Source: Neophaeotheca triangularis
Taxonomy: Eukaryota
Reading direction: 5' to 3'
Assembly (NCBI GenBank): GCA_054600435.1
Contig: BAAIJX010000024.1
Location: 124,001 to 188,000 of the forward strand
DNA length: 64,000 bases
In this document: positions 35,888 through 47,231 of the stretch, piece after piece
Numbering within the stretch: the stretch's first letter is position 1
Layout of the letters: every line of letters begins with the position of its first letter
Translations under genes and position numbers: made by a program
Notes under the pieces: model-generated
What the model was told of the DNA's origin: nothing
Database searches by the model: none
Seen by the model: only the letters and a program-made list of their open reading frames with translations

Positions 35888-38800
35888 TCATCCCTCCCTC
35901 CTGGCCGCAGCAGCAATCTCCTCCCACTTCTCCCCAGCCAAAACCTTCCTTCCAATACCCCTAGCCTGACTATCCCTCCTGGCCCCCTCAGCAGCCACGC
36001 CGACGATATAAGTCAACCCCACGGTCCCCGCCGCGACAGAGAGCGTCCATTTGAACGCCCTGTGGCGGTTTTCACGGTGACGCGCTTCGGACTTTCTCTG
36101 GCTTCGGCTCTGGCGGCCATTCCACTTCCTACCGCTGCCGGAGAAGACGGGTTCTTCCCGCTTGACGCGAGGGTTTCGGCTGTTATCAAGGTCTTCGGGC
36201 GAGGTTGATGGCTCGTTGGTAGTGGTTGGCGAGTATTGGTTGCCGTAGTCGTAATGTCTGCCTAGGTCGGAGGTTGCGGAGCGGTTCTGGGAGTCCTCCG
36301 CGATCACGGGGTCGTGGTTTACGAAGCCCGTGGGAGAGGCGAAGTTGCCTGTGGATGGCTCGGCGACAGGGCGGGAGTAGCTGGTGCCGTCTATGGGGTT
36401 GACTCGGGCGTGATCGCGGACGGCGGTGGCTCCGGGCGAGGTAGACACGATAGATTGTGTGTCTTGTGCCTTTGTTGGCGGTGTGGCTGATGCGGTGCTC
36501 TTGACGAGTTTGAAGACGAGAAGGTCCTTGGTACCGTGGATGACTTGATAGCCTTCTTTTTGCAGCGAAGCAAAGTGTGGTACGAACCTAGCCGGCTGGT
36601 ACAGCTGTGAGAGTGCTTGGGGGATTGAGATTGGGGTCTCAGAGCCAGTGAAATTAGACGTTGTAGTTGCGGTGGAAAACATGTCGTTGCCGGAATCGTA
36701 AGCCAACACTTTGTAGACGGGTGGCTCCTCCCACTCCACGGACTCGGTTTGAGCTTTGGCGCTGGCACTCTTGGCCGGGCCAGACGCCACAGATGTCTTC
36801 CTGGTGTTAGTGGGAATGAGCTTCGGCAGCTTATCGTCGACCAATTTATTATCCTGTGTGCTAGCACTGTACGAGTGCTCATCGAGACCCTCATCCGGCT
36901 GGGGAATGCTCGACGCCCCGTAGCAGTGTTCCTGCAAATCCTCGGCAGGGACTTCGCGCACCTTGCTGGCAGGCTCTGGCTGCATGATGGTGCGTTTCCT
37001 CTCCATCTCTCTTTCTTTGGCAGCAAGAGTCTCCTTGAGGTTGTCGTCCTTGAAACGGTAGGTCCCTGGTGTCTCGTTTCTCTCGAATGCCTGCTCGACG
37101 GTGCGGTCGCCCACTGTCTCTACATATTTGCCGGCGATGGTCGCTTCGAGGTTGTCATCCTTGAAACGATACGTCTCAGGTGCTTCATGCCTCGCCAGCT
37201 CGTCTCCAAGCTTCCCATCCTCGCTGATCCCGATACTCTTGTTGTTAGGGGCACTTCTCTCTTTAACAATATTAGCTTGAGTCGGTGGAGACGCAAAAGG
37301 TTGTCGGTGGCCGATGTCGATAGTGCCGAAACGCTTCTCGTAGATGTCTCGAACCTCATTTACAAGCTGCTGATCCCGAGCCTGTTGTGTGGCTTTCTCA
37401 ATCTCACCCTTGGCCGATTGAGGAGTAACTGCCGGTTGCTTATACCACATGCTGCTGTCCGCCCACCTTGTGATGTTTGGACACCAGTCTCCTTCGCCTT
37501 GCAACTCTTTTAGTTCTTGCTGAGACCCAGCATTCTGCACTTTTTGTGGGACTGTCTGGCTTTGATCCGAAGGAGAGCACTTGTGTGCATGGCGGTCATC
37601 GCGGTGCGCATAAGCTGCTTTGAGTGCGTCCACTTCTGCCTGGAGTTTCGCGTTCGCCTTCTCCTCTTTGGTGATACGCTCGGCATCCTGAGTGTGCTTC
37701 TCCCTTTTAGTTTCCATACCCTCCGCCCAGCCAGTCAGAGGACGCGGTGGGTTTCCAGCAGTCCGCTTGACTCGGTCAGCTTGGAGTATGTCGGCTTGCT
37801 TTCGCCATTCCCTTGGAACGGAGCTTTTAGCTTGTATGGACTCAGTGGACTCGTGAGCAGCAGAGTCATCGAGGTCGTCAACGAGCTTCCTGGATGATCT
37901 CGGTTGCATTCGTTCATGCGCGAGTCCTAGAGGCTGGCTTGATGCGTGGTTAACTGCGCTTTTTGCCAGCTCTGGTCGCGTCCTCTCGAGAGAGGTTTCC
38001 AGACGGGGCTCTTGCGAGGCTGCCTTCTTTGCTGCTTCTCGCTTGCTAGCCTTCTGACTGTAATAGAACTCTTGAGTCTTCACAAGCTCGCTGTTGTCTT
38101 TTGCCAACCTGGAGTTGTTCTCCAGGCTATCGATCAAGCTCTTGAGCTGTTGCGTCCTTTGGTCAATCCTCCCAAGCTCGCCTTTGTGCCTGTGAACTTG
38201 TTGGGAATCTTGCAGTACTTTGTTCTTTCTAACCTTTAGTGATCGTAGCTCGTTCTCGTATTGCCAAACCAGCTCGGCTTGATCCCACATCTTCTTGGCA
38301 CTCAGGACAGCCCCCCTGCCACGGTAAGATTCGTTCAAAGAATCGTGCTTTTGCGAATTGCTGTCGAACGATTGTTGCAAATCTTGCTTGTTCGAACCAG
38401 AGGACGTGGTAGGCTTCGTCTTGCCCATCGAAGCTCGGACAGAATCTGGTGTCATGAAATCGATATCTTGCGCGGGTAGCTTCGCAAGAGCAGAGGGCTT
38501 GTTGAAGCTACGCGGCGTAGACAACATGTCTGCCTTCTCTGGCGAAGCTATCACGTCCGCGTTCTTAGCAGATTGAGACTGCACTGTGTATGTCGGGACT
38601 GGGGCTTTGGTGGCGTCGGGTTGCTCAACTGGCATCTTCGTAACAGCACCGGTGGACTTGCTGGGCGGTGGACCATCGGGATCCAGAGTGCTTGGGAATG
38701 GCTTCGATTCGGCTGGAGCGTCGACCGGTACCATTCGGTTAGAGACAGGATCGTACTCAAATTCTCTGACTTTGTTTGAGTCTGAATCCCAATCTGTTCG

Positions 38801-39577
38801 CCGAGCTCTCTGAGTCCAAGAGTCGTATGCTGTCGTCGAAGCAAAAGAGTACGTGCGAGGCTGGTTCACGCTTGAGTCCAGTTTCCCCTCGAGCACAGCA
38901 GCCTTGTGTGGCTGCTTGGACTGCTTATCAGCGCTAGCGACCACGGTGGACTTGGGCTTGTTCTGTGGCGAAACAGTCGTATTCGAAAGATTGCCAGCTT
39001 GCTTTGTAGCTTTCAAGCCCATCTCTTCTCTCATCCAGCTAGGCACCAACGGACTCCAAAACGGTTCGAACCGTTTGCCAAAGACAGCCTCGTAAGGATC
39101 CTGCTCGACACGTTTCCGCATCCTCTCCATCTGGTCTTTCCACGCCTTCTCTCTTGAGCTGAGTTCAAGCTCGATCCCTTTTCTCCTGTTCTCAACGCTC
39201 TCTTCCACCCTTGCTGGGTCGTCGTTCTCATATCGATATCTCGCACCCGGCGGACGTTGGCCCCAATGACTGGCCCATCGTGCGTGCTTGGGGGAGAAGA
39301 AGGGCTTGACTCCATTGTCCCAGTGGAGCTTCGATCGACGTTTGACACTGGCTATCAGCTTGGCCTTGTTCTTGAGGGTGTGGTAACGATTGAGGCGGTA
39401 GTAGTTGGGATCAAGTGTCGAGTCCCATTCCCTACGATTGCGGCCCCGCCAGAACAAACGAGACTGAGCCCGAGCACATGCTGTTGACGCATACGCTAGA
39501 GCAGTAGGACGAGTACAAGCAAGGTTACGAGGGGTGGGTTGTTGGCGAGCCGCCACCCTAAGATGAGGAGGCAGCAT
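35888..39577 (-). CDS. Large uncharacterised, probably mitochondrial, Ser/Thr-rich protein with C-terminal TM anchor
   Basis: An ORF of about 1230 aa. The N-terminus is Arg/Ala-rich like a presequence. Conserved-looking blocks are DPYEAVFG, EYDPVSNRMV, YKVLAYDSG, VNPIDG/PSTGNFASPTGFVNHD and KREEPVFSG. The C-terminal segment TLSVAAGTVGLTYIVGVAAE is hydrophobic. Confidence 0.75.
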   Translation of the reverse strand: MLPPHLRVAARQQPTPRNLACTRPTALAYASTACARAQSRLFWRGRNRREWDSTLDPNYYRLNRYHTLKNKAKLIASVKRRSKLHWDNGVKPFFSPKHARWASHWGQRPPGARYRYENDDPARVEESVENRRKGIELELSSREKAWKDQMERMRKRVEQDPYEAVFGKRFEPFWSPLVPSWMREEMGLKATKQAGNLSNTTVSPQNKPKSTVVASADKQSKQPHKAAVLEGKLDSSVNQPRTYSFASTTAYDSWTQRARRTDWDSDSNKVREFEYDPVSNRMVPVDAPAESKPFPSTLDPDGPPPSKSTGAVTKMPVEQPDATKAPVPTYTVQSQSAKNADVIASPEKADMLSTPRSFNKPSALAKLPAQDIDFMTPDSVRASMGKTKPTTSSGSNKQDLQQSFDSNSQKHDSLNESYRGRGAVLSAKKMWDQAELVWQYENELRSLKVRKNKVLQDSQQVHRHKGELGRIDQRTQQLKSLIDSLENNSRLAKDNSELVKTQEFYYSQKASKREAAKKAASQEPRLETSLERTRPELAKSAVNHASSQPLGLAHERMQPRSSRKLVDDLDDSAAHESTESIQAKSSVPREWRKQADILQADRVKRTAGNPPRPLTGWAEGMETKREKHTQDAERITKEEKANAKLQAEVDALKAAYAHRDDRHAHKCSPSDQSQTVPQKVQNAGSQQELKELQGEGDWCPNITRWADSSMWYKQPAVTPQSAKGEIEKATQQARDQQLVNEVRDIYEKRFGTIDIGHRQPFASPPTQANIVKERSAPNNKSIGISEDGKLGDELARHEAPETYRFKDDNLEATIAGKYVETVGDRTVEQAFERNETPGTYRFKDDNLKETLAAKEREMERKRTIMQPEPASKVREVPAEDLQEHCYGASSIPQPDEGLDEHSYSASTQDNKLVDDKLPKLIPTNTRKTSVASGPAKSASAKAQTESVEWEEPPVYKVLAYDSGNDMFSTATTTSNFTGSETPISIPQALSQLYQPARFVPHFASLQKEGYQVIHGTKDLLVFKLVKSTASATPPTKAQDTQSIVSTSPGATAVRDHARVNPIDGTSYSRPVAEPSTGNFASPTGFVNHDPVIAEDSQNRSATSDLGRHYDYGNQYSPTTTNEPSTSPEDLDNSRNPRVKREEPVFSGSGRKWNGRQSRSQRKSEARHRENRHRAFKWTLSVAAGTVGLTYIVGVAAEGARRDSQARGIGRKVLAGEKWEEIAAAARREG

Positions 39578-40624
39578 TGCAACGATTATGGCCTTGATAC
39601 TCGTCTCAAGATAGCAGCAAGACGGCAAGTGGTCATCAGTCTGCTGAGTTTGGGAGTGTCGTGCGGTGTCAGCGAGGTGTAAGTGGGAGTGGGAAGTGTA
39701 ATGGTGAGTGGAAGAGAGGGAGAGCAGTCGAGGAGAGGTGGCTCATGATAGCTGCCGTCAGCCACGGCATGGCATCAGACACCCGCCGGGTCGACGAGCT
39801 CCAAGAGGTAACCCGAGGGCAGTAGTGAGGCGGGCATGTGATGCTTGGAAACAGCCAGCTACCCCGCTGTGCCCGCTCTCGCAGAATCCGGGGACTCTCC
39901 GCATGACTTCATCCAATCATACTGGCTAGAATCCGATAACGCCCGCTTACATGATGTACACGCCTTGAGTTAACTACTTGTACCTGTTGCTGGCTACCTA
40001 GGTATGTACTTGTTATCTAGGTACGGTGTTATTCGAGTCTGCCTTGCTCTACAGCCCAGAGTAACTTACAATCCACCGCCACGAGACACTCTCCACGATC
40101 TCGGTACACCATTCGAGACATGACAACCGATACCAACCTACGCCCGTGATAGATGATTATGCATCCAGCACATATGGTCCCCACAACGGCGGCAAAGGCA
40201 CAGTAGTTCTCCTAACCACGCTACTACCTGCTGTTGTGGGTCCTGGGAACAACCGTCGCAATGGCGGCATCCCGTTCTCAACTCCGATCACGTGCCCGAT
40301 CTAGACTTCGAAGGTAGGCCTTTGAAAGAGAAACGTTTGTCGAGAACAAGAGGCCGCAGGGCCAATAGCCTTGTCCACGCCTAGTCAGGCTGCATTGCGA
40401 CCCACTTCAAAAGGCCTTACAAAAACGGACCCGTGGTTCTTTTGCAAAAAAGGAAAGGCGTAGGTATTATCCGATGTGAAGAGCTGCGCGCCTTCAACGC
40501 GCTACCTATCGCTCATTAAGCTCCTCTCCCTGGTAGTGCTTCTGGGTTTGGTGTTTACAAGACATGGAACTTCCTACTCGCAGATACGATGGCGGCAGGA
40601 CGCTTTCCCCTCTCATCGGCTCCA

Positions 40625-41682
40625 TCATCCACCCGCCGCACCAGTAGTGCTAAACTGAACAGGCTCCTTCCCGGGCAATTCCACTGGATCCCGCTGCGCG
40701 CCCATCTCATGCACCGCATGCTCGCTATTGAGCTCCACCTGCTGCGGCCGGCCATAGTACGACTCTTCCATTGCTCTTTGTCCACCAGGCACGGGCTCGT
40801 ACGCCTGTTGCTGATGGTGTGAAGGGCTTTGTCGCCGCTGGCGCCTGCGGCGGAACAAGATCCAAGCTAGAATGCCTACAGCGGCTATGATGGCGAGAGC
40901 GACTGCTACGCCTATGCCTGCCGAAGCGCCTGTTGATAGCCCACCGCCGCTGTCGTTGCTGTCGTTGCTCTCACTATTCGAGTTCCCCTCTTGATCCTGG
41001 GCTAACGGGGTTGGTGCATTTGTGCCCGTGGCTGCGGCAGATGACGAAGAAGCCAAGCTGATTGACGCCGTGGCAGTGGTACTATCAACAGCATCGCTGC
41101 CGATTTGAATGAGCTCTGGACTTCCAACGGCAAACGGTAAAGTGTCTTGTTTTGGCCCTGACAGCCACTCGACCGGCGGCCCCGTGAAGTTTAAGCTCGA
41201 GTCGTCGCAGCAGTATCTGTCATCCTTCTCGTCCCAGTTCTTCACCGTTCCGCAGCAATACTTCCCTAGGTCGCAAGCGAGTACAAAAGCCGCAGTTTCT
41301 GCAGGGAAATTTTCGTATCAACACGACCAATTCACTTGAATTCCGGAAGTCGTGGGTGACGAAGCTTACCTTGGGATTGGAGACAGTATTTGGGGCAAGC
41401 ATCGGACTGCCAGGTTCTATCTGTGCAGCCGTCGCGCCAATAATCGTTAAAACCATTTTTCTCCGGCGGGCGACAGAGCCCGTTGGTCAGACAGATGTCG
41501 CCCTTCTTGCAGCAAGCCGAGAATGCTGTGCTCCGGTCGCAAGGCTCCCAGTCCTCGTCCACTTCAGATCCATCTGGAAGATAACATGTGTCCGGAACGT
41601 CGTCTGCGGCCGCCGGGATAAGGCAGATGTGAAGCGCGAGCAAGCAGTTGAGCGATGCGCTCGCGGCAACGCGGGCGAACAT
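40625..41682 (-). CDS. Type I membrane protein with Cys-rich ectodomain (Mid2-like cell-surface protein); exons 41682-41370, 41298-40625
   Basis: A signal peptide precedes CYLPDG...SACCKKGDICLTNGLC...YWRDGCTDRTWQSDACPKYC|...YCCG. An S/T-rich stalk leads to the TM segment GLSTGASAGIGVAVALAIIAAVGILAWILFRRRR and a tail with ELP/EL motifs. Confidence 0.8.
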
Positions 41683-42583
41683 CTGGTAGAGCGACTGTAG
41701 TTTTCCTGGACGCGTCAATGTTTCGGAACAGGTCGCGGAGACTAGGTTGGTACGAAGATTGATGAGAGAGTCGTCGCCAGAGGATGAAATTCGAGATGCG
41801 AGTGAAGAGAAAGGAGAATATTGTGATAATAATGCAGACACAGCCCTCACCGTTCTGGTCAGGCCGACTCCTCCACAGCCACTCGTCAACAACCACTACT
41901 GCAGGCGCCCTACCTCCTGATATTTAAAACGATTATCGCTGCATGGGTCTCCACAAGGTCCACATCGACCATGATATATTTAACGTGAGCGCAGGGGTAA
42001 TCGTGGCTTGTGCAGACCGAGTTCCTTGTGTGGAGGTATGGTCACCTCCAATCATTCGGCCATCGTTGCTGCGGCGCGTGACCAAGACGATGGAGGTAGT
42101 TTGATTCATCAACTATCATGATACTGTTGGAGGCATAGTGCAAAAGTTTGGTGATCCTTCAAGGGGTTATTGATAGCAGCTGCGGCTGGGGACAGGGGGT
42201 GTGGTGAGCGGGAAATCTTCCAACCCGGCGGCGCACCTCAACATCTCATGTCTGTCTGTTCCAGAAGTGTCATTTATGTATAGTTAGGAAGTGCTCGATA
42301 CCAAGATAGAGGCACCTAGGGCAGAATGACTAAACCTAGGAGGGTTGTCTGGTAGGTCGGCTCGTCGGGCACGTGGTTGGCTCCGTCGGGAGGTGATACC
42401 CCGTCAAAACAGCCTTTCGGGACGAGGCGCGACTGTTGATAAGATAAGGCGGTCGTGGAAGCTACTAGAGTAACTACATAGACGTCTGACTACCATAACC
42501 CCAAGGCGCCCACGATTGCGCAACGCCTTGAGTGGCAAGTCGCTTCGCCGCAGAGATTATAAAGACCTCGATCAAACACCATC

Positions 42584-43528
42584 ATGACCTCCTCATCAAC
42601 GTCGGGCACGCCTGCCGAAGAAAGCTACAGCACAATGTCCGTCGGCGAAGTCGAAGCAATCGGCTCCCACTGCCAGGCGGCCTTCTGTCGCCAACTCGAC
42701 TTCCTACCCTTCAAGTGCGAAAGCTGTAAAGGCTCCTATTGCCTGGACCACCGAAGCGAGACGGCACACTCCTGTCCCAAAGCCGGCGAATGGGCGCGAA
42801 GACGCCAGCAACAGCATCAATCCCAAACCGGCTACAAACCCACGCCCCGTCCCTCGATCCTCACCCACGAGCAGCAATGCGCCGAGACCGCTTGCAAGAC
42901 CCTCATCAATACGCCGCTGGTGACGGGCGTGCACTGCGAGAAGTGCAACCGCCACTACTGTCTTAAACATCGTTTCGGCTACGATCACGACTGCGCAAAC
43001 CTCAAACCTCTAGGAGCGCGGCCAGCGGCCGCGGGCCCAACCCAGCGTGAGAAAGGCATAGCCGCTCTAGACAAACTGCGAGCCTGGGGCGCCCGGAAAA
43101 AAGAAGCGATGCCCAAAGCGCCGCAATCGCGGTCCAAAGCCGAAGCGGCGGCGCGGGTGCAAGCGACCGCGACGCTGAAAAAGAGCGCCAAAGGCGACGA
43201 TAAGATCCCGATCGACAAGCGTGTGTATTTACACGTCGAAGCATCGGCCGACACGGTCACTAGCAAGCTTCCCAAGGGCGCCTTCTTCTACAGCGTTGAC
43301 TACAGCGTCGGCAGGGTTTTGGACATCGCGGCGAAGAATTTGCAGGTTAGTAATTTGAACAATCGGTCGGAGAGTGAGGAGGATAAGTTGAGGATCTTTC
43401 ATGTTGAGGGCGGGAGGTTGTTGGAGTTTGGAGAGAAGTTGGGGCAGAGTGTGCAGACGGGGAATACCATTGTTTTGTTGAGGGGGGTTGGGGCTGGGAT
43501 GGCTAAGACGCCGGATAACACTGCTTAG
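42584..43528 (+). CDS. AN1-type zinc finger protein with C-terminal ubiquitin-like domain (Cuz1/ZFAND1-like)
   Basis: Two AN1 fingers (IGSHC...CRQLDFLPFKCESC...YCLDHRSETAHSC and CEKCNRHYCLKHRFGYDHDC) are followed by AKGD and SVGRVLDIAAKNLQVSNLNN. Confidence 0.9.
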   Translation: MTSSSTSGTPAEESYSTMSVGEVEAIGSHCQAAFCRQLDFLPFKCESCKGSYCLDHRSETAHSCPKAGEWARRRQQQHQSQTGYKPTPRPSILTHEQQCAETACKTLINTPLVTGVHCEKCNRHYCLKHRFGYDHDCANLKPLGARPAAAGPTQREKGIAALDKLRAWGARKKEAMPKAPQSRSKAEAAARVQATATLKKSAKGDDKIPIDKRVYLHVEASADTVTSKLPKGAFFYSVDYSVGRVLDIAAKNLQVSNLNNRSESEEDKLRIFHVEGGRLLEFGEKLGQSVQTGNTIVLLRGVGAGMAKTPDNTA

Positions 43529-43697
43529 TAGGTGTGGTGGATGCGGATGACGATGTGGGTTATGATGCTATGATTGCCTGATGCATAGCGAGGCGTTGGG
43601 AGTGGTAGCCTTGATCGGGCACCCTCGTGGTTAGCATGACGAAGCTACGAAGTCCAGATGAATTATAGAGTTGCAACGGAGTCACGATAATAAGATT

Positions 43698-44624
43698 TCA
43701 GCATAGCACGAAATCACGCTCTCGAAACGCAGGCCGAGAACAAAGCCCCACAAGCTTCCCGTCTATGGTACCCTTCACATAGGCCAGACCGTGAAACGTG
43801 ACTCGATTCTGATCGACTCCGCGTAAAACGACAGAATACTCGGAACCGTAAGCTGAGACGACATTATCGCCCGGCTCGATGTCTCTGGGAACGGCGGCAG
43901 AAAAACCTCGCGCCGTGACCGCGACGTCAAAGGCTCCCGCCACGACCTGGCTGTAGTCCCGATAGCCGCGAGGTAGTGTGTTGCTCGAGACGCGGACGCG
44001 CGTGAGCAGCTCTGAGCGCTGCTTGTGCTGTAGGGGCACTATACAGGCCAGCCAGTTGTGCACGAGGTGTGTGACCAGCGCGTCGGTGGGCCAAGGTCGA
44101 GCCAGGGTGTCCATAATTTTCGAGGCTGCTTTCCAGCGCTTTAGGACAGAGTGCAGCTCGCTCCAGTCGATACAGGTTGCCGAACACAGGCACAGCACAT
44201 GCTTCTGGCCGGCCTGAGAAAGGGCTCTGTAGGGGTTGAGGGAGGGCAAGTGGTCCATGGCTTCAGCAACCTTGGACTTAGCGGCGTCCATTGCTTCCGC
44301 TTCTTGGGTGGGCGGGAGGTTGACCATGGCGAGGATCCTGTCGAACCCGTGGCCCTTGGTTTTCAAATACCGCCAATCGCTGCCGAGGGAGGTTGTTGCT
44401 ATGTGGTCTGCCTGGCATGTACGTCACGTTTGCTTCGCGTCGAACATGTGCAAGACGTCGTACGCCAGCCCTACGCCGCCGCCAGGCGTGGCAAACTTGA
44501 CGTTGAAGTTGGCCGTCCACGCCAATAAGCGGAAGAGGTCGCGAAAAGGGAAGATGGGCCTTCTGGTTGGGGCGGAGCTTGCTCATCATGTCTTGTCATC
44601 ACCAAGGTAGTTGAGTATGTTCAT
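43698..44624 (-). pseudogene. Truncated HET-6-like (heterokaryon incompatibility) gene remnant, C-terminal region
   Basis: The C-terminus TARGFSAAVPRDIEPGDNVVSAYGSEYSVVLR...FHGLAYVKGTIDGK matches the het-6-like tail pattern. The same frame upstream carries TGA stops at 44424-44426 and 44583-44588. No HET domain proper is visible. Confidence 0.55.
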
Positions 44625-45246
44625 GAGGTGCTGTGGTCGCGGATGGATCCTTCGTCTTCATGACGCGAGTTCGAGATCGCTCACAGCCATCAGCTACCTA
44701 TGAATTAATTTTTTTTGACGCAAGCGTCCGGGGTGTTCTCACTAGTATCCTCGAGACGATGGAAGCTATCAATGGACTTTTATAGGACTGTACACAGAAC
44801 TTAGTGGTATCGTGTTTCACGACAATCATGGAAACGACGAAACAACGAAGGCCACCTGCACCGCATGCGATTGATCCAAGGTTGCCTTGGAACTTTGATG
44901 TCGGGTCTTCGGAGACGTCAAATGCCGACCTCGGTTTGCAGAGACAGCTCCACTGCTGCCAACTACAGCTCCAGTTTGCCAAACCACCTCAAAACATGAT
45001 CGGCACATCCCACTAACTTTCCTATTTCTCTACCCTCTCGCCATTCGCTCTTCTACACATTTGCTGCCTGATACCAGGCATTGGTAACGCTGCTGTGAAT
45101 ATTCAGTTTAAGTCCTTCGCGCCTCCCACACCTACTATGTAACGGCGATAACGTCCCGATCAGGCGTATCTCACGAGCAGCACCTCATACCCGTTCATAC
45201 CCGTTCCTCTGCTGCTGCTCGAGATCGAGTAGCCTATTTACGAAGC

Positions 45247-46932
45247 ATGGCTTTCTTCCACCCTCGACCAGGCTCGAGGCTATGGCAGTTGGCTCACGAG
45301 AACCTCCTTGTCGGCCGTCAACACAGATCACTCTGTCTGAGCTGTCTCTCGAAAGGGGCTTCTAGCTCAGCGCAGCCTGCTATTCATACAAGAGCAAAGC
45401 CAGTGTCAATCACCCGCGGACCAAGTGCTGGAATGCGAGCTTTGGCGACTATGGCAGACCATCGTAGCAGCGAGAATACCACCAAAGGGCCTCTTGCGGA
45501 ATACGACGCACGCGTGGGCTCGGGACGGTTGCGAGACGACGAGCATCAAAGAACGCTGATCCAATCGCTGCAAGATCTACACGATGGTCTCGTGGACTAC
45601 GATCCGCCGAAAGTTGTACAGCCTTCAATGGAAAACCTGCAACCTAAAAAGAAGGGATTGCTCGGCTCATTGTTCGGGGGCAGTAGTAAAAGTACGACAG
45701 CAGGCGGTGGCCCGATGGAAGGTTTACCAAAAGGACTATACATGTATGGTGATGTAGGGAGCGGCAAAACCATGCTCATGGACCTCTTCTACGACACCCT
45801 CCCGGCCAACATTCAATATAAAACCCGCATTCACTTCCACAACTTCATGCAAGATGTGCACAAAGAACTTCACAAGATGAAAATGAACCACGGGCAAGAC
45901 GTTGACGCTATCCCTTTCGTCGCCGCTTCCATCGCCTCCAAAGCCTCCGTCCTCTGCTTCGACGAGTTCCAATGCACCGATGTCGCCGATGCCATGATTC
46001 TACGTCGGCTAATCGAGAACCTCATGCACCACGGCACCGTCCTCGTGACAACCTCCAATCGCCACCCCTCTCAATTATACAAGAACGGCATCCAACGCGC
46101 CTCCTTCATCCCCTGCATCAACCTACTCCTCGGCCAATTGCGAGTCCTCAACCTCGACTCAACAACCGACTACCGCAAAATTCCCCGCCCGCCATCAGGC
46201 GTATACCACCACCCGCTTGACGTCGCGGCCAAATCCCACGCGGAGCACTGGTTCAAATTCCTCGGCGACTTCACTAACGACCCTCCCCACCCAGCCGTCC
46301 ACGAAGTCTGGGGTCGCGAGGTGTCCGTCCCCCGCGCCTCGGGCCGTGCCTGCCATTTCACCTTCCAAGAACTCATGGGCCGCGCAACAGGCGCCGCCGA
46401 CTACCTCGAGCTCATGCGCTCTTACGAATCCTTCGTTGTCACCGACGTCCCTGGAATGAACAATCGCACCCGCGACCTAGCCCGGCGCTTCATAACCTTC
46501 GTTGATGCCGTGTACGAATCCCGCGCCAAACTTGTCCTCACCACCGCCGTCCCACTAACTCAGCTCTTCATGTCCCGCGACGAGCTCGACGACATTTTCG
46601 ACAACGTCAGCAAAGATTCCCCCGAAAAGCCCAACAAAGCCAAAGAAGCTTCCGCGAAATCCGCCGAGACGGCAACCGCGGGCGGCGGTCTGGACGACAG
46701 TATGCGCATGATGATGGACGATTTGGGCATGAACATGGAGACTTTGAAGAGTTCTAGCATTTTCAGCGGCGAGGAGGAGGCTTTTGCTTTTGCGCGCGCG
46801 TTGAGTCGCTTGTCCGAGATGGGGAGCCGGGAGTGGGTTGAGAGGGGAATGGGGTTGGAGAAGGATGGTGGGAGGAAGGAGGCGGAGAGTTGGCAGAGGG
46901 TTAGGAGTAGGTGGCGGGAGGATAGTATGTGA
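45247..46932 (+). CDS. AFG1: Mitochondrial AFG1/LACE1 (ZapE-family) AAA+ ATPase
   Basis: Contains PKGLYMYGDVGSGKTMLMDLFY, RIHFHNFM, LCFDEFQCTDVADAMILRRL, TSNRHPSQLYKNGIQR, ARRFITFVDAVYE and EEAFAFARALSRLSEM. Confidence 0.96.
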   Translation: MAFFHPRPGSRLWQLAHENLLVGRQHRSLCLSCLSKGASSSAQPAIHTRAKPVSITRGPSAGMRALATMADHRSSENTTKGPLAEYDARVGSGRLRDDEHQRTLIQSLQDLHDGLVDYDPPKVVQPSMENLQPKKKGLLGSLFGGSSKSTTAGGGPMEGLPKGLYMYGDVGSGKTMLMDLFYDTLPANIQYKTRIHFHNFMQDVHKELHKMKMNHGQDVDAIPFVAASIASKASVLCFDEFQCTDVADAMILRRLIENLMHHGTVLVTTSNRHPSQLYKNGIQRASFIPCINLLLGQLRVLNLDSTTDYRKIPRPPSGVYHHPLDVAAKSHAEHWFKFLGDFTNDPPHPAVHEVWGREVSVPRASGRACHFTFQELMGRATGAADYLELMRSYESFVVTDVPGMNNRTRDLARRFITFVDAVYESRAKLVLTTAVPLTQLFMSRDELDDIFDNVSKDSPEKPNKAKEASAKSAETATAGGGLDDSMRMMMDDLGMNMETLKSSSIFSGEEEAFAFARALSRLSEMGSREWVERGMGLEKDGGRKEAESWQRVRSRWREDSM

Positions 46933-47231
46933 TGTCTTTATTTACTATTTACTCAGGGTGTGGGGCCGGTACGCTGTATGTGAGTTTAGTGGGGTCTGGA
47001 TGTGCAAAGTTGGCTTGCTATGGACTGGCATGTCCTGTTTGTCGATGAGGGGTCAGATGTGAATCGGGAGTGAGTTAGGCGAGGTAGTTAGGCGAGGGCG
47101 GTATTGTGAATCTCAAGGACAATGCCGAATGGAAAATGCACCTACGTATATACCCCCTTTTGTAGAGCGAACGTGGATTTCTGAGCACAATCATTTGTCG
47201 GCCACCTCTCCTGTTTCTTCAGTTCTTCGAA

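Noticed and set aside
45061..45130. tRNA-like 3' end (GTTTAAGTCC...CCA)
   Set aside because: I could not build a cloverleaf or find proper A/B boxes.
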